Assembly (NCBI GenBank): GCA_963815195.1
Contig: CAWFGE010000013.1
Span: 192,001 to 256,000 of the forward strand
Length of the DNA stretch: 64,000 nucleotides
From: an uncultured Planctomycetaceae bacterium
Lineage (GTDB): Bacteria > Planctomycetota > Planctomycetia > Planctomycetales > Planctomycetaceae
Direction of reading: 5' to 3'
The stretch's first letter is position 1. Every line of letters starts with the position of its first letter. The position numbers were made by a program, and so were the translations under genes. Below are positions 41,773-53,520 of the stretch, one piece after another. A model generated the notes under the pieces. It had not been told where the DNA came from, ran no database searches, and worked only from the letters and a program-made list of their open reading frames with translations.

Positions 41773-43121
41773 CGGTTCGCGTCCGTTGGCCGGCGGACGG
41801 CGACTTCGAAGGAGTGAAACATCTCTTCGCCGTCGCCGTTCGTTATGGAGAGTAAAAACCTGGCCCAGGGTTCGGGAGTGTCGGCGGGGACTTTCCACTT
41901 GAGCAGATTCTTTTTTGCGAGGCGGGCGTCTTTGGGGCCGTCTTCCAGGCGGATTCGCACTTGCTTTCCGCGGGATTCCACGTCGATCCGATACTCCAAC
42001 GTCGCCCCGGCCTGGACCGCGAGCGGCGGGATGGACGATACATACAGATAACTCCGCTCCGAGTTCTTCAGCCGCTTCTTGAGATCAAACGGCCGGAGCA
42101 TCAGCCGATCGTTGGTTGCCGGCAGCGTGATCAACTGATTCAAAGAGGGCACATATTGCACCCGCCACTGCGAACCGAGCCTCAGCGCCGCTTTGATGTC
42201 GTGCCCGGAGTTGATCCGCGCGGGCAGGAGTTCCTCGAACCCCATTTCAAAATCGATGGGCCGGCAGTCCGCGGTGGAGCAGACGGTGACTTTGCCCAGC
42301 GTTTTGTTCGCGGGCAGTTTTTGATCGAGCCTCACGTCCAGGATGTAGCGCGGATCGGGCGTGGGAATCAGCGTCGAGCCTTTGAGCCAGTCGGCTTTGA
42401 TCGCGCGGCCGTTCTGGTTGTAAATTTCGCCCTCTGGCAAGAGGAACAGATACCCGTCGCCCGTCGGCTGCGCCCAGCGGACGGCGTTGCTCGTGCCGCC
42501 GAACGACACCAGCGACAGATCATCGCCCTCGATGTGCCAGCCGCCATAGCCCACCGGCCCGTAGCCCGTGGGAATCGTGCCGAAGGTTCGGCCGCCGGGC
42601 GACGCCTGCACGGATAGCCCATGCCGCCCCGTGCCGGAGATCATCTTGCCTTTCACGGCGATGGCCCTAAGCGTGTCCAGGTCGTAAAGCCGCGACTCCC
42701 GCGAGCCCACGATCAACAGCGGCCCCTGTCCCGCAGAACCCATGACGGCCAACTGCGGCGGGTCGTTGCCTTCGATGATTGCCAGCTTGTCGCGTTTTTT
42801 CGATTGGAAATCCCAGCGGCGGATCATCATTTTGCCGGGCGAGACAATCACGAGTTTGTCCGCGCCGGCGGCGAGCAGATCGCCTTGGGGAACTTCGGGA
42901 ATCTCCAAGAGGACTTTCGGACCGCCGGACAGGTCGTAAACGATCACCTTCCTCGCCGGCGCGAAGTGCAGCGCGACGTACCGCCCCGCTCCGCCCCAGA
43001 CGAACTGGGAATATTGCCCGGGCAACTGGGACACCTGCACCGCCTCGTCCGCGCGGGCTCCGAGTCCGCATATCAGACAAACGACAAGACCTCGGCCCAC
43101 AGAGGAAAAGTTCAGCATCAT
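41769..43121 (-). CDS. Hypothetical exported beta-propeller-like protein with C-terminal Ig-like domain
   Basis: Signal peptide, beta-rich repeats, SIPPLAVQAGATLEYRIDV...LEDGPKDARL...LKWKVP; 4-nt overlap with the glycerate kinase start. Confidence 0.65.
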   Translation of the reverse strand: MMLNFSSVGRGLVVCLICGLGARADEAVQVSQLPGQYSQFVWGGAGRYVALHFAPARKVIVYDLSGGPKVLLEIPEVPQGDLLAAGADKLVIVSPGKMMIRRWDFQSKKRDKLAIIEGNDPPQLAVMGSAGQGPLLIVGSRESRLYDLDTLRAIAVKGKMISGTGRHGLSVQASPGGRTFGTIPTGYGPVGYGGWHIEGDDLSLVSFGGTSNAVRWAQPTGDGYLFLLPEGEIYNQNGRAIKADWLKGSTLIPTPDPRYILDVRLDQKLPANKTLGKVTVCSTADCRPIDFEMGFEELLPARINSGHDIKAALRLGSQWRVQYVPSLNQLITLPATNDRLMLRPFDLKKRLKNSERSYLYVSSIPPLAVQAGATLEYRIDVESRGKQVRIRLEDGPKDARLAKKNLLKWKVPADTPEPWARFLLSITNGDGEEMFHSFEVAVRRPTDANR

Positions 43122-43206
43122 CGCATCGCCTTGGAAAGAAACGTTTGCGTTAAGAGCTTCCGCAAATAACCAACATGTCATCGTCCGCATTCGTTATATT
43201 AAAGAC

Positions 43207-43500
43207 ATGAACGAAGAGCACAATCAATCGGCGAATTTTCTGGTGAGCGCGCTCGACCGCGTCGTGGTCGGAGTCGTCAGAATACTCATCGTTTTGACGG
43301 AGCTCAAATCCCGCGATCCGCACGAGCATCCGGCGCACTTGCTGAAACCCGATCCCCGGCAGCCGGTGAAAATCCGCGGATGGCGCGGCGTGCTCGAATG
43401 GCCGCCGGGGAAGCGGGTCGGCTGTTTCGCGGGTGTATCGCTCGGAGTGTTGATCGGCGGGGCGATTCTTTGGTACGGAATTCAGGATGGGACTCCATGA
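43207..43500 (+). CDS. Small hypothetical membrane protein
   Basis: C-terminal hydrophobic helix; ATGA overlap with the next gene. Confidence 0.45.
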   Translation: MNEEHNQSANFLVSALDRVVVGVVRILIVLTELKSRDPHEHPAHLLKPDPRQPVKIRGWRGVLEWPPGKRVGCFAGVSLGVLIGGAILWYGIQDGTP

Positions 43501-44411
43501 CCGGGCGTCATCACACGGCGGATTCGGAACGATTGGAACTCTGCCGCACGCTGACGGCGGACGGGTTGCAGTTGGACGGCTTACTGATTGCACCCACCCG
43601 GGCGGCGGACGATCTTCCGGTGTCGGCGTTTTTATTGGTGCACGGGACGGGCAGCAATTTCTATGCTCCGGGCGTGTTGGAGACTTTCGCCCGGCAAGCG
43701 GTGCAATCGGGATCGGCGGTGTTGCGGGTGAACACGCGCGGGCACGACGGCGTGGCCCGCATTCCGGGGCAACACGGTTCGGTCCCCGGCGGGGCGGCTT
43801 ACGAAACGATTTCCGATTGCCGATTGGACATCGCGGCTTGGGTGGAGTTCCTCGTGAATTGCGGCCATTCGCGGATCGGCCTGGTCGGGCACAGCATGGG
43901 AGCCGTCAAAGCCATCTATGCCCAGGCCCACGATCATCACGAGCCGGTCCGCCGGGTGGTCGGCATTTCTCCGCCGCGGTTTTGCCACGCGCGGTTGATG
44001 TCCTTTCCCCAAAGCCAGCCGTTTCGCGAAGACGACCAGAGGGCCCGGGACCTGGTGAAAGCCGGCCGGGGCGCGGAACTCCTTTCGGTCCGCCAGCCGC
44101 TGCCGATGCTCCTCACCGCCGAGGGCTTTCTGGCCAAGTACGGCCCTCGGGACGATTACGATTACTTCAAGTTTCTCCCCAACTTGAATTGCCCCACGCT
44201 CATCGTGTTGGGAACGGAAAGCGTGCGGACCTCCGCCGCGTTTGCGGGCGTGCCGGAGGATTTGAGTCAACGAATTGCTGAACTTCCCGCTCCGCCCGTG
44301 ACGGTGGAACTGGTCGAAGGAGCGAATACCGCCTATTCGCAGCATCTGACAGAACCATACGTCCGCGCGGAATGTTGGCTTCGCCGCACGGGAAACGATT
44401 CCGCGGGATGA
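43497..44411 (+). CDS. Alpha/beta fold hydrolase
   Basis: LLVHGTGSNFY, NTRGHDG, nucleophile elbow LVGHSMGA, CPTLIVLG. Confidence 0.85.
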   Translation: MTGRHHTADSERLELCRTLTADGLQLDGLLIAPTRAADDLPVSAFLLVHGTGSNFYAPGVLETFARQAVQSGSAVLRVNTRGHDGVARIPGQHGSVPGGAAYETISDCRLDIAAWVEFLVNCGHSRIGLVGHSMGAVKAIYAQAHDHHEPVRRVVGISPPRFCHARLMSFPQSQPFREDDQRARDLVKAGRGAELLSVRQPLPMLLTAEGFLAKYGPRDDYDYFKFLPNLNCPTLIVLGTESVRTSAAFAGVPEDLSQRIAELPAPPVTVELVEGANTAYSQHLTEPYVRAECWLRRTGNDSAG

Positions 44412-44662
44412 CGCTTTGCTTATCGCGTCGTCTTGCGCAAAAAAATGGTTCTTCCGGATCATCAGGGGGAACGGCGACGGTGTTAAAGAATGTCTGGGCC
44501 GCGATCTTTCACCGCCCCTTGGGGAGGTAAGATCCGTGGTTGATCATCACACAAAAAGATCATCAGCGTCCGCCCCCCCCGATTCGCCGGAAGAGCCAAA
44601 AAAATGGGCCGTCCGGTTTGATCCGCACGACCCATTCTCAACGGAAGGGGAAAAAGAACCCC

Positions 44663-45439
44663 TTATACGAGAGGGACCTTTCGGCGGCGAACTTGGCTGT
44701 AGCCAATCATTCCCAACACTCCCAAGCCCACTAAGGCCCAACTTCGCGGTTCCGGAACGACCGTGAGGCTCGGCCCGGTTTGAATGAAGTCGTACCCGAG
44801 AGTGGCGTCGCCGGTGACCGTCAAATTGACCTGAATGGCTCCGACGTTGTTGAAGTCCGCCCCACCGGCGGCTCCGCTGCCGGCCGTAAAGTCGGTGAAG
44901 GGCAGGCCGAACGTCTGAAACGAATTCATAGCCGTTGTGGTCGTCGTCAACACCGCATCCGAATAGTGGGTCGCATCCGTGAACACTCGGAACATGGCTG
45001 TGATGGGACTGTTCGACATGGCGTTTAACAGGAAACTCGTTCCCGACAAGGCCAGGCCGCCTAAGCCGATGGGCGCGAACGTCGCCAAAGGGGTGGCGTC
45101 CGCACTTCCGTCATAGGTCAACTGCAGATTGCTTTGAACTCCCGTCCCTCCTTGAATCTGGAGGATGGCGCTTCCGTCGTCGCCGATGGACGCACCTCCC
45201 ACTCCCTGCGTGACGCTCAGCACCATCTCGCGCTGGCCGCCGATGATCCCCGTGGAATCGTTGACGACTGCCGACATGGGATTGCCGGGCGTGGCAAAGA
45301 GCGATGTGGTGGGGGCATTGAAGGCCGTATCGAAAGAATCGATCAATGTGGCCTGAGCCGAGTTCGCTGCCAGGAGCGCAACGGCCACGGCCGAGATTCC
45401 AACGCAGGCGAGTCGCCTGCTGAGAATGCTCAATTTCAT
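44663..45439 (-). CDS. PEP-CTERM sorting-domain protein
   Basis: Signal peptide; Ser/Thr/Gly-rich body; VVPEPRSWALVGLGVLGMIGYSQVRRRK; GAGGAG RBS. Confidence 0.92.
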   Translation of the reverse strand: MKLSILSRRLACVGISAVAVALLAANSAQATLIDSFDTAFNAPTTSLFATPGNPMSAVVNDSTGIIGGQREMVLSVTQGVGGASIGDDGSAILQIQGGTGVQSNLQLTYDGSADATPLATFAPIGLGGLALSGTSFLLNAMSNSPITAMFRVFTDATHYSDAVLTTTTTAMNSFQTFGLPFTDFTAGSGAAGGADFNNVGAIQVNLTVTGDATLGYDFIQTGPSLTVVPEPRSWALVGLGVLGMIGYSQVRRRKVPLV

Positions 45440-45703
45440 CAGAGTAAACTCCTCTTAGGATTCCAATTCCTGGCAGGCTGCGCGGCCGCAGGTCGAAGCG
45501 GCAAAAGAACGCCGCAACCCGGGAATCGGAATGAATAGTGTCGTCGTGCATCGTTTGCGGATCGAAAAACACGGCACGCGCGATGCCGCAGACCGCGGGC
45601 GGCCCCCGCGCGAAAGCGCCGCAACGCTCCTTGATGTTCGCGGACCCGTTTTCCGGAATCCGCAGGATGTTGCAGCGTGCAAGTGGCGAGGGATCGATGG
45701 GCG

Positions 45704-48700
45704 TCATGGATTGCGGCTCAACTCGGGCCATTGGTTCATCAGTTCGTCATAAAGTTGTTTTTCCAGGGGATGCAGGCGGTCCGGCCTCAGATGCATGTCG
45801 CGGGCCTTCTCCAAATGCCGCCGCGCCGCCTTGAGATCCCCTTTAAGCGCCGCGCCTCGGCCAGGTGCAGGTAACCGATGGCGAAGGACGATTCGTCGAG
45901 GGCCGTTTCCAGATCGCGAACAGCCTCGTCCGCGCAGCGTGCGCGAATATGAATGACCGCGCGCGTATCGAGCAAATCCGCCCGCGGTCCCGCCACCTCG
46001 ATGGCCCGATTGATCCACCGCAAAGCCTCCGCGGGCTTGTCGTGCAGAAACGCCTCGAGCCACGCCAGGTTGTTCAAGGCGACCACGTGGCGGTCGTTCG
46101 CCGGCAAAACCTGCAGATACAAAGTCTCCGCCTCGCGCAGCCGCTCTTCGAGCAACCGCAGATCCGCGAGCGCCACAAGACACGCGGGCGATTGGAACGA
46201 CGCGGCCAAGGCCGATTTGACCCAAGACTCCACGCGGCGGAATTGCTCGTCGGAAATGTTCTGGCTCCCGATGATTCCGCTGCGTCCGAGCACGCTGACC
46301 GAAGCGGCCGCGAGCATATCCGGATCGGCCCGGCCGCGAACCCGTTCGCAAAGATCCAGGGCTTCTTGAATCCGATGCTGCCGCGACAAAAACTTGGCCA
46401 GCACGAAGGCCGCGTACGGCTGCGCGGAGAAGTCGGCGTAATCGCGATACAGTTCTTCCGCTCCTTCCAACAATCCCAATTCCTCAAGCAGCACGGCGCC
46501 GGATTGAAGCTGCGATGCATAATTCCGGCGTTTGAGGTCCTGCCGCATCACAAACTGGTGCACCAGGGCTTTGGCATCGTCCACGCGTGATTGCTCGACC
46601 AGTTTCCGCGCTTCGCTGAGCAAATGCCCGGCCTCCTGGGTCGAATCCGCCGGCGATTGCGCGAGCAGGTTCGTCAAGGACGTTTCGAATTCCGCGCGTT
46701 CGGGAAGCGCGCGGATGCGGGCATCGAGTTCCGGGGGGCGATGCGACGCGACCCATTGCTTGAGGGTCGAGACCGCCAGTTCCGCGTTGCCCATGCTGTG
46801 CCGGAATTGAGCCTGTGTCGTGGCCGTCACAAATGCATCGGGGGCTTGCCGTTCGAGCGTCCGCACCCAGGCGGCGGCTTGCGAGGCTTCGTCGTGGCGG
46901 ATCAGCGAAACCGCGAACTCCGCCAAGTGTTCCGGCCGGGCCGAGTCGGACGTCGCGATTTCCTGGTACGTCTTTTTGGCATTCGTCCACTGTGCGGTCG
47001 CCTCATACAACCTTGCCAACTGCAAACGCTCTTCGATTGTCAGGTATCCGCGGGCCTGCTGGATTTCCCGCAGGACCTGGATCGCTTCGAGGCGGTCTTT
47101 TCGCAGCGGACGTTTGCCTAAAATGATGGCCTTTGCCTTCAGGTCCTCGACCATTTCCCCGGAAGGCCGCCGCCGATCGTTTCTTTCCAAAAGCTCGACG
47201 GCTTGAACCGAGCGGTCGTAGCCGCCTTCGGCCGCCAGCAACAAGGCCTGGTTCCGCCGGGTCCACGCGACATCCGAGGGACGGGCCTCTTTCGCGTTCC
47301 GCGCGATCCGGCCGAGATAGGCTTGGGCCTTGTCGTGATTTCCGATGCGGTCGTGAAACAACGCGGCGGCTTTCAAACGGCTGACGTTCCCAGAGTCCGC
47401 CGCCACCGCTTGCTCATGCCACTTCGCGGCTTCCTCAACATCGCCGAGGATTTCATAACACCGCGCCAGTGTTGGAGGCATTAACCGGTCCGGCAGGTGA
47501 TCTTTCGCCTCGGCAATCATGGCGCGGGCCTGGGCAAACTGGCCGGTTCGCTGCAGGTGGCGAATCAAGCTCAGCCACGTCGCCGGCTGCTCGGGCGCCT
47601 GCTTCACCGCCTGGCGATAGAGTTCGTCGACCTCGGGGCCGCGCTCGCCGGACTGGTACCGCACTTCCGCAAGCCAGAGCTGGTCCCAATAATCGTGGGA
47701 ACTCTTCCAGACCTGCTCCGCGAACCGCACCGCCCCCTCGAGGTCCTGTTGCTCGAGGGCCAACGCCCGCGCGAATCGGCCCGCTTCGCCCGCGAACACG
47801 GGATTCCCTTGAGCGGCCAACCGCCGCGCAAGTTGCATGGCCTCGTCGTGTTGTCCGCGGCCGGCGAGATTCTGCAAAATGCGGAGCACGACTTCCGGCG
47901 ACGAGTCGCCCAGCCGGAGCGCCTCTTGAAAATGCCTGAGGGCCTGGTCCGAGTTGCCGCCGAGTTCCGCCGCGTTCCCGCGGGCCCGCACAACCGCGGT
48001 CCAGCGAGGATGCTGCCTAGCGAGTTCGTCGAGGATTTCCGTCGCCTGATTCAACTCGTTCGATTGCCCCCGGCCGTCCGAGACGCGAACCAACAGCGCG
48101 ACGGCCAACAGGAATTCCGACGTCGGTCCCCGTCCGCCTTCAATGCGGCGGATCGGCTCGAGAATCGGCCGAAGCTCGTCGAGCCGGCCTTGATCGGAAA
48201 GCGGCTGAGCCAAGGCCTGCCAATACTCCAAGCGGTTCGGGAAGCGTTCCGCCAACGTCCGCCAGACGGTCCGGCTTTGCTCCGGAAGGTCTCTCTGCCG
48301 GTAGGTGTGGGCCACGCGCTCCAGCAGCCGCCGGCCTTGATCCGGGGGATAATCGCCGGCCCGCCGCGTCAGGGCGTCCAGCGTTTTTCGGGCGTCGGTT
48401 TCGGCTTCGATCAGCGCGATTTCCGCGCGGATCAATTCCCATTCCGCAAGCGGCCCGAACCGCGCTTCCGCCTGCGTTAAAGCATTTCGGCAGGCCTCCA
48501 CGCGGCGGTCGATGGCCCAGTCCTCCCGCCTTAGCGCCAAAAGCGCAACGGCCGCGTGCGTCGAAACGCGGTCGGGTTTCTTCTCCAATCCGGATTGGAG
48601 CAGCTCGGCGGCCTGGTCGTATTTCTGCTGTTGAAGGAGGACCTCGGCCCGCAGCGTGTTGAGTTGAATGGGATCGACATTCGCGCGGGCCGCCAGTTCG

Positions 48701-50326
48701 AGCGTCTCTTCCACGCGCGCCCAGTCGCGGCGATTTTGAGGCCGCGCCAATTCCTCGAGCATCCGCAGCCGAAACAGTTCGCTCGCCACGCCCTCCACGC
48801 CCAACAGCAGCCGGTATTCCTTGGCGGCCTCTTCGGTGTGCTGGACGTCCGCGAGGGCCCGGGCGTATTCCAGCCGGCCCGCCGTCCACAACGGGTATTC
48901 TTCAATCGCGCGATTGAGCACCGCCAATCGCGCATCGGGATTTCCCACCGCGCGGTAACAATGCGAAAGCAACAGGCCGATCCGCTGGCTCAAATCGCGT
49001 TCGGAGCGAAGCGCGATCTTGAGCGGCTCCAACTTCTGGATCGCCTTGGCCCACTCGTTGTCTTGAATCGCCCGCTCCGCGAGCAAGAAATCCAAATACT
49101 CCGGCGGCGTGCCCAGTTGACGCATGCGGTCCAACAGCGAACCCATGCTCGGCGTCGCCTTCCGATTGTCGGGGAATCGGGTTTTCAAATCCGCCAGCCC
49201 GAACAGCAACTGCCGCTCGATGCGGCGCAATTCCACCATGCCCTCGGGATCGGCACCGTGGAGGATGTCGGGGAAGTGGGAAAGCCCTTCCTCGAAAGCC
49301 TTGATCGATCCCGCCACGTCCCCTTGCTCGAGCGCCACCTGCGCCAGAATGTATTCCAACTTGAGAGCGGGCGGCTTTTGCATCAATCCCCGAATCGCGA
49401 TCTGTTGCGCGGCGAGAATGTGCTCCTCCCGCTGCTCAGGTTGCCCGTCCAGCGCGGCGGCCTCGGCTTGGGCCAGTTCCAACTCCGCGGCCAGGAAAAG
49501 GATTTCCGGATCGCGGTCCGCGAGCTTTAAGGCTTCCTGAATGTCCGCGACGGCATGAGTCAGATCGCCGCTCCGCCTTCGTTGCCGGGATCGCGCCAAC
49601 AATGCGAGCGCGCGGCCGGCCTTGCGCCACCATGCGTTCGGAAAGCGCCTCGGCCACCAGGGAAGCCGAGACCTCCTCGCGATGATGCGGGTCGATCCCG
49701 GAAAGCTCCAAGGCGTCTGCATGGTTCAAAACGATTTGGATCAGGGCGTTGTGGTACTCGATTCCTTCTCGATCGTGCGTGACGGCCAGAGCGTAAAGGG
49801 CGGCCGCTTTGGAATAATGCCGATTCTCTTCCTCGCAGCGGGCTTTTCGATAGATGAGGTCGGCATCGTGGGGATGGTCGGAAAGTAAAGCGTCCAGATG
49901 CCCCAAAGCATCCGAGAACCGCCCGAGCCGCATCAACACGCCCGCCAATCGCCGTCGAATGGTTTCCCGGCTGGGATCCGCCCGGAGGATTCCCTCATAG
50001 AGCATGAAGGCGCTGAGCCGCATTTTCCCCGAAGCCGCCGGTTGGTCGAGCAGCATGCCCAGACTCGCCTGGGCGTCGAGGTGATTCGGCCGGTATTTGA
50101 GATACTGCGTGTAAAGCCGGATGGCGTCCGCGGAGTGGCCTTCTTGGGCGGCGGCTTCCGCTTTTTCGAGAAGCCGGCCTGCGTTGCGGTCCGTCTGCCA
50201 GCCATGCAAGAGATGGAGCACCGCCGCGAGCGCCGCCGCAATTCCCAGCAACCCGCCGAACAGCCGGAGATTCAACCGGCGTTTGGTTGGCGGATTCACA
50301 TTTGTTTGAGGAGAGGGATTCTGCAT
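45704..50326 (-). CDS. Giant membrane-anchored TPR protein (about 1540 aa, PrsT-like; frameshifts near 49610 and 45840)
   Basis: KRRLNLRLFGGLL TM anchor; continuous TPRs; ALNNLAWLEA, LLDTRAVI, LHLAEA, LHPLEK near the C-terminus. Confidence 0.8.
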
Positions 50327-50337
50327 GGTCGTTTCCG

Positions 50338-51684
50338 TTATTTGGCAAGCGGCCTTTCAAGTCGGCGAACGCGAGAGGGGCGGGGCCAACTCCAAGGCGA
50401 ACCGAGTTCCAGCTCCGCCGCCTGCTCCGCGACGTCGAGAAAGGCTTGCCGCTGGGACGGGGAAAGCTTCCGCGCGCGGCGGGCCATCATGCGTTCGGCC
50501 GCCAAGAGGCCCTGCTCCAAATCGAGCGGCTCCATCCCGGCTTCGGTGACCCACGTCAGACTGGGAACGAACTGGGGAGAAGAGGGCGTCGAAATGCAGC
50601 TTCCAAACCCTACCACCGCTCCGGTGGGAAAATGCACGCCGATGCCGATCCGGCTGTGATCGCCCGCCAACAGGCCCGCGCACAATTCCCCGCTCTCGGT
50701 TGCGATGCCCCGAATGGGAACCCGCACCGTCCCGTAGGTGTTCTTGAGGTTGCTGCACACCGCATCGGCACCGATGTTGACCCACTGCCCGATGTAACTG
50801 TTGCCCAAAAACCCGTCGTGCTGTTTGTTGGAGAATCCGTGAATGATGCTGGCCTGGATCTCGCCGCCGGCCTTCGAGACCGGACCGAGCGTCGTTCCGC
50901 CTTTGATGATGGCACCGGGCTGGATCACGCATTCGTCGCTGATCCACGCAGGGCCTTGGATGTAACTGTGGGGCGAGACATCGACGTTATTCCCGATCCA
51001 CACCGGCCCGCTTTCGGCGTCGATGACGGCACCGGGTTTGATGCGCGTTCCCGAACCGATGTGCATCGATCCCGGCTCCATCAAATGGCTGCCCGGACAA
51101 ATCTCTCCGAAACAGCCGCCGCCGTCCGCCGGCCAGCATCGGGCGATCGAATCGTCATTGGCATTGACGAGTTCCCAAGGCCAGCGGAAGAGGCGGACAT
51201 GCGGCGAAACGTCCCTCCGCGGCAATCCGGAGACAATCGCTTCGAGCCGGCCCGAGTCTAGGAGTTCATTAAAATGCAGTTCGCGGGCGAGCTCCTCATC
51301 GGCCCAGAGGCAGGCAATCGCCTCATCGTCGCCGGCGGTTCCAACCCAGGCCCGCTCCCGGCGGTCCACGTCCGGCAGGCTCCGCCAGAATCCCAAGCCG
51401 TCCAAAAGCAGCGTCCCGGTCGTCAGGATCTGATTCACCGGAAGGCCGGTCTCCTCCGCGACGACCTCCTGCAAGCCCGGCCGGCACCACAACCCTAACG
51501 GATTCGCGCGGCCGTTCGTTCCGGACGAATGGCTGTCTTGCGCCAAAGCCGGCGCGATCAACCGCCGGACCTGCGAGAGCAACTCGCCGGAACCGCTCAG
51601 CAGTTGGCACGTGGCGCGGTTGTAGACCAAGGGCAGCATTCGCCGCCAGCCGCCGTTTTCATAGACAATCACGGGTCCGGCCAT
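50338..51684 (-). CDS. GlmU-like putative sugar nucleotidyl/acetyltransferase with left-handed beta-helix
   Basis: MLPLVYNRA, WPWELV, hexapeptide repeats, SNKQHDGFLGNSYIGQWVNIGA, SNLKNTYG. Confidence 0.82.
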   Translation of the reverse strand: MAGPVIVYENGGWRRMLPLVYNRATCQLLSGSGELLSQVRRLIAPALAQDSHSSGTNGRANPLGLWCRPGLQEVVAEETGLPVNQILTTGTLLLDGLGFWRSLPDVDRRERAWVGTAGDDEAIACLWADEELARELHFNELLDSGRLEAIVSGLPRRDVSPHVRLFRWPWELVNANDDSIARCWPADGGGCFGEICPGSHLMEPGSMHIGSGTRIKPGAVIDAESGPVWIGNNVDVSPHSYIQGPAWISDECVIQPGAIIKGGTTLGPVSKAGGEIQASIIHGFSNKQHDGFLGNSYIGQWVNIGADAVCSNLKNTYGTVRVPIRGIATESGELCAGLLAGDHSRIGIGVHFPTGAVVGFGSCISTPSSPQFVPSLTWVTEAGMEPLDLEQGLLAAERMMARRARKLSPSQRQAFLDVAEQAAELELGSPWSWPRPSRVRRLERPLAK

Positions 51685-51687
51685 GCG

Positions 51688-53520
51688 TTACTCCACAGTC
51701 ACGGATTTGGCGAGATTGCGCGGACGATCCACATCGAAGCCCCGCGCACAGGCCGTGTGATAGGCGAGCAGCTGCAAAGGCACAGAGTTCACCATCGGTG
51801 ACAACAGCGGCAGCGTGGCGGGCACGTAAAGCACCTCTTCCGCCAGCGATTCCAGTTCGGTGTCGCCCTCGGTCGCGATGGCGATCACCCGGCCGCCGCG
51901 CGTGCGAACCTCGGCGATGTTGGAAATCGTCTTGCCGTAAGTGCGATCGTTCGTGGCGATGACCACCACGGGCGTCTCGGCATCGACCAGCGCCAACGGC
52001 CCGTGCTTGAGTTCGGCCGCCGGCAAACCTTCCGCGTGGATGTAGCTGATTTCCTTGAGCTTGAGCGCCCCTTCGAGCGCAAGGGGATAGTTAATGCCTC
52101 CCCCGATATACAGCCAGTGATCGCAATCCACCAGCCGATCGACCAGTTCGCGGATTTGTTGATCCAGTTCCAACGCCTCGGCGATTTTATTGGGAATTTT
52201 GTCGAACTCTTGAGCGATTTCGGCACATTGCTCGGCCGCCAGGCAGCGCCTCCGGCCCAAGTAAAGTGCGATCATCGCCAAAACGGCGATCTGAGACGTA
52301 AACGCCTTGGTGCTCGCCACGCCGATTTCCGGACCGGCATGAAGATAGACGCCCGCGTCCGTCTCCCGGGCGATGGACGACCCCACAACGTTGACCACGC
52401 CGAATACGTCCGCGCCGCGGATCTTCAATTCGCGAAGGGCGGCCAGGGTGTCGGCCGTCTCTCCCGATTGGCTGACCGCCACGCCGAAGGTCCCCGGCTC
52501 CACGAGCGGATTTCGATAACGCAGTTCGCTGGCATAGTCCACTTGCGTCGGCAAGCGGGCCCAATCTTCCAAGAGATGTTTGCCGATGAGGGCGGCATGA
52601 TAGGCCGTTCCGCAACCGAACAGCAGGGCCCGTCCGAAGCGGGGCAAGTCGCGTTCGCGGTTGCTCAGCCCCATCAAATGCAGTTCGCCGCTCCGCGCGT
52701 CGAGCCGGCCGCGAAGCGTGTTCCGCAAGCTGTGGGGCTGCTCCCAGATTTCCTTCAGCATGTGATGCTCGTAGCCGTTCAGCTCGATGGCTTCGAGCGT
52801 CAAATCCAGGTCCTCCATCTCTTTTTCGACTCGCACGGAATCCGCCGAGAACACATCGATCGCGTTCGGCTTGATCCGCACGATTTCCTCGTCTTCCAGA
52901 TAGGCCACCTGCTGGGCCTGGGTCACCAACGCCCCGGGATCGGACGCGACCCAGGCTCCCTCGGGACCGATCCCAATCGCCAACGGGCTTCCCCGGCGGG
53001 CGGCGATGATTGTGGCCGGCTCGTCCGCGCACAGCACGGCCAGCCCGAACGTTCCGCGGCATTCCCGGAGCGCAAGCCGGACGGCTTCGACCACGTCCTC
53101 TGTCTTCTCCGCCATCTCTGCGATCAAATGCGCGAGCACTTCGGTGTCGGTCTCGCTCTGAAAAGAGATTCCCATCCCCGCGAGATAAGTCCGCAGCGCC
53201 GAGTGGTTTTCGATGATGCCATTATGAACGACGGCAAACCGGCCATCGTAAGATGGATGGGGGTGGGCATTGACCACCGTGGGCGATCCATGCGTGGCCC
53301 AGCGCGTATGCGCGATGCCTGTGAACGCCGCGATCGGCTCGCCTTCCAGCATTTTTTGAAGCCGATCCACCCGCCCGACCGCCTTGCGGATTCGAATTCG
53401 GCCGTTGACAAGAGCCGCCAACCCGGCGGAATCGTAACCCCGGTATTCCAGCCGGTGTAAGCCGAGCATTAAACGTTCGACGGCATCCTGCCTCCCTGTG
53501 TAGCCTACAATTCCACACAT
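51688..53520 (-). CDS. glmS: Glutamine--fructose-6-phosphate transaminase (isomerizing)
   Basis: MCGIVG, RLEYRGYDSAG, HTRWATHG, SQSGETADT, VASTKAF, LKLKEISYIHAEG, PRNLAKSVTVE. Confidence 0.97.
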   Translation of the reverse strand: MCGIVGYTGRQDAVERLMLGLHRLEYRGYDSAGLAALVNGRIRIRKAVGRVDRLQKMLEGEPIAAFTGIAHTRWATHGSPTVVNAHPHPSYDGRFAVVHNGIIENHSALRTYLAGMGISFQSETDTEVLAHLIAEMAEKTEDVVEAVRLALRECRGTFGLAVLCADEPATIIAARRGSPLAIGIGPEGAWVASDPGALVTQAQQVAYLEDEEIVRIKPNAIDVFSADSVRVEKEMEDLDLTLEAIELNGYEHHMLKEIWEQPHSLRNTLRGRLDARSGELHLMGLSNRERDLPRFGRALLFGCGTAYHAALIGKHLLEDWARLPTQVDYASELRYRNPLVEPGTFGVAVSQSGETADTLAALRELKIRGADVFGVVNVVGSSIARETDAGVYLHAGPEIGVASTKAFTSQIAVLAMIALYLGRRRCLAAEQCAEIAQEFDKIPNKIAEALELDQQIRELVDRLVDCDHWLYIGGGINYPLALEGALKLKEISYIHAEGLPAAELKHGPLALVDAETPVVVIATNDRTYGKTISNIAEVRTRGGRVIAIATEGDTELESLAEEVLYVPATLPLLSPMVNSVPLQLLAYHTACARGFDVDRPRNLAKSVTVE

